Origin: Tubiluchus corallicola
Lineage: Eukaryota; Animalia; Priapulida
Assembly (NCBI GenBank): GCA_030141605.1
Contig: JAQGDQ010000021.1
Span: forward strand, 1-64,000
Length of the DNA stretch: 64,000 nucleotides
Direction of reading: 5' to 3'
Shown here: positions 1 through 13,100 of the stretch, in pieces
Position numbering within the stretch: the stretch's first letter is position 1
Layout of the letters: every line of letters starts with the position of its first letter
Translations under genes and position numbers: made by a program
Notes under the pieces: generated by a model
Told to the model about the DNA's origin: nothing
The model's input: only the letters and a program-made list of their open reading frames with translations
Database searches by the model: none

Positions 1-135
1 ATTTTACTGTGAATTGAAATACCTCACCCACTGAATAACTTTACTGCATTATGTTGCAGATCACTGCAAAACTGATGGCCATACCATCAGAACACTAGTG
101 GTATCATCATAATCTTTGTAAAAGACTGGTCAGTT

Positions 136-1979
136 ATGTTAGACAGCTCTGCATGGATAGCTGATCATTTCTTCAGTATTGATGACATTCTAGCCACACA
201 GGAAAAAGTGCCATGCAAGTTTGAAGTGCCAGTATTTAGACTAGGTAATATGGAATTCCGTATCATTTTTAATAAAATTACGTCTTTACAAATAACATTA
301 CTTTTATCTGCTATTGTTATGAGAAAAGTACAGGTAGTCGTAGACTTGCGACCTATGCAACTTACAACTGTTTGACTTTACAACCCGACCACAACTTAAT
401 TAATTAATTGTACAAATCTAAAAAACTGCAATTTATATTTCCTTCTATTTTTTGTAGCAAATTAATTTAGACCCTATCTGTTTCGATAAATTTATCTGTA
501 GGTGCCGTCATGCTCACACTAACTGATCCATACACACATACCATTTTATGTATAGGAACGCACCACTTAAACATAATGGGTCCCACTTCGTTGAAGTTGC
601 TTTACGGCCAATCAGCTGGAACCAGTTGCGGTCACACGTTGACGACTACATGTATAAGTGCCCATGCATAACAACCTGAATAAATATCTGTGTGACAGCA
701 CTCATTTTCTTGTCAGTTCTGTTTTCTAACTTGCATTCTGTTTTTCGTATTTGTAGTTTCCTAGGTTACCCATTCGCCAACTTTTTCTTTTTTCAGACAT
801 AGCAAAACATTCGTTCGTATTCAGATTCCAACATCACATTCAGGTTCATTTCCATGGACTGACACAAAGGTTTTCTGGGGTCTGAAGGGTTCCGTTGTTC
901 TGAAATGAATTTACTGCCATAATTAACCGTTAATGTAATCAGATCTGCTGAGTTTTACAGTGTTTTTAATTGCAGTACTGTAGCTTACGATAATATTCTC
1001 CTTTTTCATAGGTTTTCTAGACACAAGTACTGATTCTGAGAACATTCAATCTGGCGCTAAACTAGAACTACCGTACTGGCTGGCCAGAGCACTATGCAAT
1101 CAACAACGAACTATCGTGAGCGTAGAGGCAACGAAGCCATACAGATCTGGATTCCGTGAGATCATGAAAGCAGATGCCAACGTTATGGATTTATATAAAC
1201 TTGGACCATATTACTATGCTTTCGGATCAAAATTATTGAACTTTGAGTTACCAGAATCTGATGATATTGCAAAGTCGTTGCTACAGGTTTGTGGCTGATC
1301 AGATTTGCAATTACTGCCTATTTTTAACAAATTTAGTCGATTGTGTTTCATTTCCTGGCTTATATGTACAATGTCTATAACGTGATTCATTACAGCTGTG
1401 GTTAATTTGGACACATGTACATATCATGTCCAAGATAGTCTTTGTACGCCTTTGGTAATCTCTGGGCATGCCGGCAACAGCAAATTTGCTAGAATTAGCT
1501 TATGTTTTAAAAGTAATGTAAAAACATGATTATGTGTGTTGTATGTTTTAGGACATGAAGTTCAGCTTATAATTAATTCAAGTGTAAGAACTACAGAAAG
1601 TTTTTTTGCAGTTTCTGGCTTACATAAAACACTAGGAATTGCTATAAATTTAAATGTGGCTGGTTACTCACCATTTTATTTGAAAACTTTGAAGCTGTTA
1701 TAAAAAGTAAAAAAGTGAATTCACGCTTCAACTATTTATTTGCAGACGTTTACGTCAAGATTTCGCAGTATTATGGACTCTGCTCAGAATGCATTAAATG
1801 AAGACACTTCGACTCTTGTAGCCAAGCTAGATGAGAGTGAGAGAGCGCTCTTCCACACCGGACAAGCCAGTTTGCAGGATCAACAGCTCTGGGAGACAAG
1901 ACAGACGGAGAAGATTACTGTATCAAATATGGTGAAGAACTATCGCAAGCGAAAACGTATAGAGATGGAATCATCTTGA
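136..1979 (+). CDS. GINS3: DNA replication complex GINS subunit PSF3, 3 coding exons, about 205 aa
   Basis: Exons 136-244, 1012-1286 and 1746-1979 join in frame at GT-AG introns (618 nt). Motifs FFSIDDILATQEKVPCKF, GAKLELPYWLARAL, ADANVMDLYKLGPYYYAFG and TFTSRFRSIMDSAQN...KLDESERALF are characteristic of Psf3. Confidence 0.93.
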
Positions 1980-4124
1980 TGATTACAAGTAGCATAACGC
2001 ATGAATGGCATTATATGTGATGTGTGCAGTATCACTAATAACCTTTAAGACTGTGATTTCAAATGAACTGCTATGAAGGCACAGTCTGGTATTTTATGTA
2101 CATACTGCTACGCCAACAAGTAAAAAGGAGCGAAGGATCCGCTAACAATAGACCAACCTGCTGAAAGCTCATGTTAACTTTACTAGCAGAGCAAGCAAGA
2201 AAGCCAGGAGTGCAATGCTACCAGCACCTTTGTAAGGATTTATTGATTTTTACAAATGCTAAACAATTTCTTCACTTTACTTCTGAAATGACATAACAGT
2301 ACTTGTAAAGCTTGTCTTCCTCAATGGAATATGCAGTGATACACTCCTACTATGTTCACATCATGTTTTCTTAATGTATTTTCATCTAGTAGTGCGATTA
2401 ACATAAGACAGTTGCAAAAGTACGAGAAAAGTAGGGAGCAAATCTTTGGATTATCGTATTGAAAAGCTACACTAGTAGCTTTTCAGCTTAATTCAAGATT
2501 TGCCAGAAGACTGTCGTAGAATGCGGTATACTTAAACACCATACTGACCAGCTTGCTACACTTTGTCTGTGTTTCGATTTAAGTGCTCGGCGAGAGAGTG
2601 ACCTATGGGAAATTCTTGCACAAAAGGCTTCATGAGTTTTATATGAATTCAGAAATGGGGGTGAGTACTTCAAATAGCATCTATGCATTATGCAGCTAGA
2701 AAAAGTGACAATGTAATAAAGTGACTCTGAATCTGAATCTGATTGTGAATCTGAGTAAGTGTTACACTTGAAGAAAGCACCAAATAAGTAAAACAAATAA
2801 CTTAGCTAATCGGTTTCACAGTCAGCCTAGAACAACTAGACATTGGTTGTCAAGCTAGAACATGAAATAAAAGTAGTAGCAGTCACTAGAAATTCATGTA
2901 AGTGTAAATGAATCTTTCCTAAAAAAATTTGTAGGCCTACTAAGCATGCATATACAAATAGCATGAAATGTATAAGTTAAAAGTACTAATTAGTTTATAG
3001 GAACCTCGTACTCTATCGGAACATTTGCTCCAGATTAAAGTGAACAAATGAGCAATTGTAAATTATGTAAAATGCACAATAACTAAGTATGAACATCTAC
3101 GAAAAACTGTTGCAAATTACAAAGCTTGTTTGACATGAAAATACCAATAAGACTAGTGCTTTGTGCACGTGCACGTTATTTTCTATAACCTCGTACAATG
3201 ATCATCTGATTTTGTTTACAATTAATAATTGTACTCTAGGAAAAAATGATAATGAAATTTTGCAATAAATTTACGTAACCAGATTCACTAATTTCGAAAA
3301 CCAAGTGTTGCAGTAGCTGCTGAAGTTTCTATACAGTAAAATTAAGTCAACGACAAATGCAGGTTCTGCAAAATATGCATTTGGAAAAACAATTCGTTTA
3401 TTTCTAGTAAAGGCAATAAGTGACAAAAATAAAGTAATTTCACACAGATTTACACTTGGAAAGGTACAATCACATTCAGTTTATCACAGTCCTTAATCTA
3501 GTTCAACTCTAATAAAAGTCGTGTCGTGCTTCCATAAAGTTGCCAACAATTAAAAAGTGATGGTAGCAATATTAGATCATATTATTCATATCAGCCATTT
3601 TAGTAATGACCGTAAACAGTTATTATTTGGAAACAGTAAAATGCTAGTAGTGAATGTACATGACATAGAGCAAAAGTAATACCATCAACAAAAGGCTGTA
3701 AAAAGATGGTCCCATGGTAAATTAGTAAGCAAGTGGGCGTGAAAGTGCAACCTGACACGAATCTAAAGCACTACATAGATTGCTTATATGATATTGGTTT
3801 AATCCATTATAAACTTGGAAGTGACAAACAAGTAGAAAGGAAACTGTTTGGACATTTTTATCTTGGTTTTCATATACCCTTCACAGCATTTCCATTCTGA
3901 TGTGGGCAAGCTCAACCAGTTCCTATCAAACTAAAAAATGTGTCTGCCTACAAGTACGAGACGGCCCTGTACGTGTGCCACAGAAAATTGCGAAGGCAAA
4001 GGTGCTCTCACCAATAAAAAACCATTTAATCGTGCAAAACAGCAAGAAAACAATCCTCACAATAATCTTTCTGTATCACTGCTGAATATGAACTAACATC
4101 TACCTATTTTGTCCCACCAAACCG

Positions 4125-7100
4125 TCAGTTAAAATTAAAGCTAAGTTTGACTAGGTATCGCATGCGAACCTGTGCCCTATCATACACAATGAATTCGTTG
4201 TAGCTGAGCGTGTAGCCTGACGGATTCTTTACTCCCGTCTCTACAGGTATGCCATATGGTACTACTGCACCTGATGCCCTGAAATGGAATAATTATAGCC
4301 AAAAAGTGTAAAGTGACAATTTTTTGCTATAATACCAGACTCTACCTGATATATTACTGGGTTAGTCAGAATGTCCTTTTATAAGTCAGAAAAAATAAAA
4401 CCAATCAATTTCACAATGATACTGATACTGTCTCATACATACACTGTATACAGTTTTGTAGTACTGGCAAAACTTGCGCACGCATATAAATAACTATTAC
4501 TATAGTATACACCTCTGAAACCATAAAATGGTAATTACTACTGTATAGACATCTACAAAGAAGATTATGTTATAATATGAAATAAGTTGTAAAAACATAG
4601 TGTCCAAACCAAATAAACCATGCTTATAAACATTTATCATTATTCAGCACTTACAGTGTGTGAGTATCATTGGGATCCGGTGCAACTCGACCTAAACCTT
4701 TCACGCTGTGTTTCCCGGTTGGTAGTTTATCCGCACTGTAATCAGCAACTAATAGCTCATTACACACGCCTAAGGCCACCTATGGATATATGATACAACA
4801 ATTTAAAATGGAGGTTGCTGCTTTCACAGCAACGAAAACTACAGTACATCTTACTATATATTTCCACAATTTTGATTTTAGCTGTGATACACCACTATTC
4901 AATCATCATTTCTACGCTATAATTATATTTTGTTTTGCTAAGCAGTAGAATTAACAAAACTATCACAAGTAAAATTATGGAATAAATCATTCTTTTGCTC
5001 GCAAAACGACAACTTCTATCTTCCTCCTTGTTATACACTAAAGTAAAAAGCCTGCAGATTTCTTAAATGCTCACGCACGCCATAGACTTGTCGAATCTGA
5101 AATTTATTCTTTAACGCGAATCTTTAAGAATAAATGGAGTACAAATCACTGAATTGAATTATACTCTCATTTTTAGGCAATGTAAAAACTGCATCTAATT
5201 TGGAGTTCAGATTTGACTCATCTGAATTATGACAGCACTTACAAATAAACAGCATGTAATGTTAAACGTTGCTTTCCAAAGCATTAGAGTGATTTTAGAT
5301 TTACTTATCAAAATGCTGCGGTATGCCGACAGGTGTTGCCAACCAAAATAACAGTGAGCAGAGGATTTCGCAAAACTTTGTGAGTGGACAGAGAGCTGCT
5401 TATCAGAACGTTAGTGTAATTTTACTGTTACAAAGTTTAAATTGACTGAGAGTTAAAACTTCTAAACACAAACGTATGTTTAATGTTTACCAATGGAAGT
5501 GAAATACTCATTTATTCACATACCTCACATAAAACCAGTATGCCAGTGTTGAGGCTTCTACTGGCAAAGCAGTAGTTTGCACTTTTACTACAAATATCTG
5601 CGAAGTACACTCCCTTGCCAAACTGTAATAAAAGGCAGAGTATTTATTCAAACTGTCTAAAAATTATGCAGAAAATGTCCACAGTATCTTAATACCATGC
5701 AAAAACATATCTTCTCACCTGCAGACATAGCAGTGCACTTTCTAAATTTTGGGCACTAAGGTTCAAGATTAGTAGTTCTTAAACTAATTTGTGACTTGCC
5801 ACAGTCTGTTTGCCATTTGGCTTGGCACATATTAGTTGTCATGCTTGGCCATTTTTAAAAATATAAGGCAGCATTCAAAGACAGAAGATGAAGCAAATGA
5901 AAACTAAAAATACTATCAACATCATAAAGCCAGAAGTTGCTATAATAAAAAAATGTCACCCAGATACATGGCTTCATAACATTCCCTCAGAGCATACAAG
6001 TCCAGCAGCTAAGCAGTGACAACATATGCAACAACAATTTATGACTTCATGTGTTATCTCTCATAGCCCAACATACTTTTTATACGGCTACCAGAATGCA
6101 AAGCAAAACGAAAGCTAACGATTTGCAAAAACAATACTGAAAATATTGTCAGTGCTATGCTGATTATTAGAGTTAAATATAGATGTACTCTACTGACCAA
6201 ACTGATTCCTGATGACAATAGAAAAAAACTATGTTTGAAAGTGCTATCACACTCATGCAATCAATCAAATGCAGATAAATAATTTTATCAATAGAGCTGA
6301 GAAATCTGAAAGAAAATAGTCAATGCTCTTACATTGAAAAAATGATTGCCTAAGTATTTAATATTAAGACAAAATCACTAAAACATTTACAACATTTCGC
6401 GTTTGTACATAAGTGAAACAACGTTTAAACAAGTAAAACAGGTACATTCTTTACAGTGTACCTACCATATATCCAGTAACAGGAGCTTCAGGTGGTGCAA
6501 TTCTTAGACCTTGACTCAATATCCCTGCCCAGTTTGTGATACGTGATCCATGCCATAACAACATCCTTTAAAGACAATAACAAACATGAAATAGCATATT
6601 TGCTCACTTGTTATTGAGCACTGCGCAAAAAGCAAGATATATATTTGCAAGCTGTTCGAAGTAATTTTCATAAAAAATGTAGTTCTGGTCTTCATGAAGT
6701 TTCATTTAGTCAATTTAAAGTTAATTATTAATTAAACAACTCTAATTAAAAAACTAATTAACAAAGCAATTACTACAAATTTTTTTGTATTCCTAACTGA
6801 TCAGTTAAGCCATCCTAATTAATCACCCTACCAAATTTCAACTCAACTGGATAAATTTAAGTTAAAAAGAGTGACAGACAGAGAAAGTAAGTCAGTGAAA
6901 CACCGGATTTTTCCTAGGTTCTGAAATTTCGGTAAGAAGCAATAAGTGAGTAATTTAACATCATGAGAATTAAGAATTAATGAGATTCATCACTAAATTC
7001 TGCAATGAATTACATGTAACTTGGAACTGATAATCATTTTGTTAAATGCGAAATAAAGAATCTTTAACAACAACAGTATTTGAAGCTTCTCTCTATAGAC

Positions 7101-10100
7101 ATTTTTATGCTCAGTTTATTTTCGTCCATAAGGATTTGTTCTTATGCAAAACCTTACTGCATACAAATACACTGGCATGGACTTAACCTCCCGCAAAAGT
7201 CGCAACTATCTATCTCGGTGATTTGTTTCAAAAGTTCTTGCAATTCTATAATTTATATATGTAACTATATGCAAAAATTGTTAGTTAACACACAGATAAT
7301 GATTATTTTATTAGCTTGATAATTCTCAACAAACAGTGGAGTACTTTAACTGGCCAATACAAAACACTTTTTTGATACAAACTTGAAAAAGTAGCTAGGC
7401 AAAGAATCTGAACATAAAAAAGCGGATAATGTTTATGGTTAAAGATTACGATGCTTCAAAAAAATTGACAAATTTTATTTTGTTGCCTACATTTCATAAA
7501 TTATAAAATTAAACTTTGTTCGCTTTTACATTCTCGGTTGATTGTGCCTGGGGACCTTAAAGCTTCACAGTCGTAAGCACTGAAAATATGCGGCATTACC
7601 GTAAAAAGCATGTTACAAATGGTATAAAAAGTTAAATGAAAGATATTCGCTTTATTTGGACTATTTCAGCCTAGATGTTTCAGCGATTTTTAACATCTAC
7701 GAGAAAAAAGATAAGTTGGATAAATACTACTAAAACTTCGGAAAAATGCTACCGAAAATTGCCGAAACTTTCAGTTACGAAACTTAATAACTAAAACGAA
7801 ACTAAACAGATAGTGCAATTATAGGCAAACTGTAACTAAATTTTTGTTTCTGTAACATCCCTGACTATGAATAACATCAGAGTCTTAGGCTATTGAAAAT
7901 TTATCTACTAAGACCAACGCTGAAAACTGCGGATTTTATTACGAGAGGTTCTGCGGCATGTCTCAAAGAGGCAAATGCTCGAGTTTCGTGTTTATCCGAT
8001 CATTCATTCCAAAAATATGAAAGACTAATTGTGGACACCTGACACTGGACAGACATGAAGGACAGACAATTGTAGGCACATGAAATAACCATGAAGTAAT
8101 TTTGAAAACAAATAACACAATATTTACTTATTTCCAACATCTCTGAAAGCATCAGCTTCACCATCTTTCTCCACAACAAAAACGTCTTCAATTTTCAGCT
8201 GATACATGTTGTGCGTAGCTGCGTGAGTGTTCTTGACGTACTTCTCAATCACCTGTGAAAATATAGCAAAATTCTTCTGGCACAAAAAATTGCAAACAAG
8301 AAAAAACTAGTGCACGAGCTAACTTTTTGTGAACTGAGCTTCAAACATATTGTTTGTGAAGTGACATTCCAAGTGAATATTGCATTGCCCAATGTAATTG
8401 ACTACCAACTGAGAAACTAAATTGTACAATTGTAAACCCAAAATAACGATGCTCTAGGCTGAACAATGACAATTTACTTTCAGCATTTGCATTTACAACT
8501 ACTGACTTTGACATTCAATCACCAAACAATTGCTTAATGGATATTTGCTAAGTAATAAGAAACAGCAAAACTAGGCAGTTACTTTCAGTTGCTAATCATG
8601 AAAAACAAGAAAGTTAAAAAATCTTTATAAGCACGAAAAGAAAGTTCAATTAGTAAATTTCAATTGTGACAATAGTCATCATTAATCTGAAGAAGTGAGA
8701 AAGACAAAGCATCCATTACTTGTAATCGATATCAGATGTATCAGCTGTTAATGACTGTTGTCATTTTTATACGTAATATTGTTACTGCTTTGAATTTTTA
8801 CCTGGAATATGTCACAACCATGTGTGAGCGTCTGCAGCTCGCATTTTAATGAGTGATAATTACGATCTATAGGATGTACATTGACCTCGGTACTTTCTTT
8901 CAGCGTACGAATAGCTACCTCTATATCACCAAGTGCCTACAGAAAACTGTATATAAGAACACGGTAAACTGTCACTCTATCAAATTGTGTTATAGGCACG
9001 TAATTTGATAAAAAAGCACAACTACGCAGCTAGAACAACAATGCTTGAATTAATTATATGAGCCTCATAAAATTATTTAAAACAAAAGGCAAAATTTGCA
9101 ACCCTGTCTCATTATTTGAAGGTTCCACTAACTCGCAGTGGCAGACAGTGAAACAGGAATCAGGCTTTTATCTGTTTTCTGGCAATAAAATTACCCAGTT
9201 TTCCAACATCTATATAGAATTTCTGAGATTAACTGTCAAAGATTAGGATACATTAAATGGTAACACAAAATAAGCAAAGCACAAAACAGATTTCTTGTTC
9301 CACTTAAAGGGCAATGATTCATAGCAATTAATTAACCGTAACTAATTGTGGCAGATAAACAGAGGGAGTTGGCTACCTCTAGCAAGTTTAACTTTGCTTT
9401 GACTTCGTCTGTTTTCCTGATCAGTGGTGGTTGCTTCATGCTGACAAGAGAGAAAACTAAACATTTAAAGAGGTGCAGTCAGTATGTGCAATTTGCATCA
9501 GAAAAATTTGTTACAGTAAATAAATGCCAAATATCATTTATGATAGCAATTTTTTCTACTTCTATCAATCCTATCAATAAGGTAAATAATTACAAAAAAT
9601 TATAAAAAACAATTTACATATTATACAGAGGATTTCAATCTAACTCTGTGTATGTATGCCTGCATCTTCTAAGACAAAAAAAACTCGACGAGATCTCGCA
9701 AGTACAGCTGCTTTACAGCAAAGGCAACAATCACAGCAAATGAGGGAAGTATTTGCAATACTATCTCTTATAATACCTTAAATATTACATACCCAAAATC
9801 ATGAGGTACTCTGGTATAGAAATCATTGCATGCTTGTATCAAGGCTGAGCCTGTTGTCTGCCCACTGTCTACTAAGGATGCTATTTTCTTCAGTGCAGCA
9901 TAACCAGCTCGAATCTGCTCTGTCGTCAACTTTCCTGCAAAAATTCTTTAAATTAAACCCTAATACAGATTAGAACAGTTAGCACTACGAAAAATTTAAC
10001 TACACTCATTAGCATGGGCAACGACATACAGGAAAACGACGAACAGTCTGACTGTCGCATTTGAAGGCAGTTCAAAAAAGGAAAGCCTTTGCAAAAAGCC

Positions 10101-13100
10101 TCTTCTGACAAGAATGATTTTTTACAGTGCAATAACTGCTACCCAAACTACTGCCACATTGTGCATAACACTACCAATGCCCAATGAAGAGACACCGCAA
10201 AAGCCAGTTGCTTTGCTTTTGGTCTGATATTCGAAGTTCTTGCGAAACAAACCAATCTCCCAGATAAGAAGCAACATTTTACCACTGAGTCATCATAAAG
10301 TATAACATGTACTTTAATCTTAATGCTCTTAATCGAATATTAATCCTTCAGTGTACTATGAGGATTCCTGGCCCCACCAAATTTGAGCAAACGTAGAGAG
10401 AAAAGTTGAATATACTGTTCTCTATAATTTCTCTCAAGACAGGAGGAATAACTTCAATTTAGGCAAGGAAAAGTTTGATAAATAAAGAGGAAAATTTAAT
10501 GTAGGGATACTGCCTACCAACTCCTACCATTTAAATAAGACTGCATGCTCTGTGCGCAAATTGCATCCGCTTACCTGACATGGCTTCAAGTGATTACAGT
10601 CTATCCCTATAGTTCCCCATCCACAAAAAGTACTAAAACACTGTCCACAAAAACTTATGTAACTTACATTTATCAATGGCAAAAGAAAAAAGGCTGAAAA
10701 GAAAACTATAAGCAGGTCACATAACTAACACAACTTCTTTGATTAGCTCTCATGACAGTAAATAGTGCATGCACAATAGTAACATAACTTCTTACCATCA
10801 ATGAATTTTATGAACAATTTCCTTACCTAATGGTGCTTTCTTACAATCATATTTCATCTCCATCACAGCATCTTCCATGGCTTTAATGTCACAGATTAGC
10901 TGAATCAAACTCTAAAGGACAAACAATAAGTAAGAACATTTCATTTAGATTCACAGTACATTCTCTATTTACAGTCAACAAATTAATCTTGCGCTGTAGA
11001 TTCATTGTGCTATAGCTCATTTGCTTGCAAATTATCAATCCACTAGTGCGCTTTTGTTAATTTTCCACAATATAGCTTAATTTTGTACAAAATTAACTCT
11101 TAATTCTATTATAAGTACAGCTGCTTTTATAGATGCTATCAGCTGCACAATATTAGCAGTGCCCAGAGCCGCGTTTCAGCTGAGATCCAGCCGGTTTATT
11201 TCTAGAGCCGACCTAGCGAATGAGAAACCCAGCTTTAATACCGCCAGCTGCTCAGTGATGGGAGTCGAGCTAGCCGACATTTTTGCCGGCTGCGAAGATT
11301 TTCGCCCTTGCGATAATCACACAACACTGCAAATCACTGGATGTAATTCTGAATAATGCAATTCATGCCCCGCTAAGGCGTTACAAAATTCTTACAAATC
11401 ATTGCAGAAAGAAAAGAAACCACAAGTAGGACAACTGCTGACTTACATCAATTTCACTGAAACCAGACACCATTAGATACGAAAAATACAGAAACATGGG
11501 AGATTGCAGGTGACAGCGCACCATGGTCTGAAGTGATAGCAAGGGTCCTGTCAGAGGACGCGTGACTCCAGAGGTGATGACGAAGATGAAATCACTGGTT
11601 GAAATATGGCAAACGCATTTGCTGGCAGAGATACTAAACTTCAGAAATTTCTGAATGAGAAAACTAGTGAATTCAAAATTAAATAGACAAATAGGCAACG
11701 TTAGTCACACGTATAGGATTATTTTGGTGTTTTGGTTAAGATCAGCTTTGCCAAGAGTTGGAATTAAATTATTTTGAAATAAATCCGTTGCTTTTTTATA
11801 ATATTAAAAAATTTATCTCTAATGCATTATTTGAATCTGTACGTCAGCTTTTTTATGTGTATAAGCAACATGAATTATTTAAAAAAGTTGTCTCCATAAT
11901 TTAACTGTTAACAAACAATTTATCATTTAGTTAGTTAACAAAAATTCGTAGCTTTAGCTGACATAGCTGATTTTTTTTCTTTAAGCCAAACCACCTGAAA
12001 AGCCAGTCAACCTCAGCCGAGCTAGCTGATTTACTGGGCAAGTCAGCTGATGTAATAACAAGTGACTCAGCTTCAGCTTCTAAATATTAGCCTCTCGCAC
12101 ATTTAGGTAGTTAAATATGCAAAACTTAGCTAACAGCAAACTCGAATGTTCTATTCAGCTGTGTAAGTTTTTCATTATCAGCGTATGTCAAATCTGAGGT
12201 AAACAACTTGGCACAGACAGTCGACAATACCACGTGTAATGCAATCAGGCATCACCAATATACACGTCTATAAAAGTGCATGAAATAGTTACCAGAATCA
12301 TAAGTTTTTCCTCATCAGTTGTTGAACAAAATGTAAAATTCATCAGTAAGATAGCTAAAGCTTTTGTCAAAAAAATATTTGACAAGTTGTTACCTGAACA
12401 TTGTCATCAAGTTTAGACTTTGGTTCTTCTTTTATCTCTTTATTTGGTTTAACCTCAGTTTTTTCTTGAACTTCGTCACTTTTATCCTAAATTTAAAAAT
12501 AAGGCTATTACAAAAAAGAGAATTTTAAGACCAAAGATGTCCCAATCTGATAAATAATCGGCAAGCAAGCTTACATATTGGAACAGAGTAGAGATCGGGA
12601 CGATACACTTTAATATCTGCAATGGTAACCTGGGGTAATGATGGGCAGTTAAACGAAAATAAATCGTAATTCATCTTAGTTGATGTGACACTTAACCGAA
12701 TTGTATAGAAAAGTAACAACAGTTAATTTCCAGAAGTAGGTGTTCATTCTTTCTAACACATTATGAGATGCTAGCCTGCATTCATAACATGCTCACCCAC
12801 TAGACTGGTATACTGCTATGTTATCACAGAAGTAAACAAGTTACATGTGATAATGTACAGCAGCAGCCAAGCAAAATGTCCTTGAAAAGTCTGGAAAATG
12901 TCCACTCCGGAAAACTCTCTCTTAATGTAACTTCCTGAACCAATTGACACTGTATGATTCATATCTTTGGGAAATCAATTTTATCTTTACGTATTACAAA
13001 AAAAGAATTAATTACTAGGCTACTGAACTATTACTATGAACAGTAAAGAAGTTTAATGTTTTCATAATTTCATCAGACATCACTCAAAGCAATTAAATAG

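Noticed and set aside
11157-12043. Possible hAT-like MITE (CAGTGCCCAG ... CTGGGCAAG with GCTAGC subrepeats)
   Set aside because: Only a 7-bp terminal match and no clear TSD, too weak to call.
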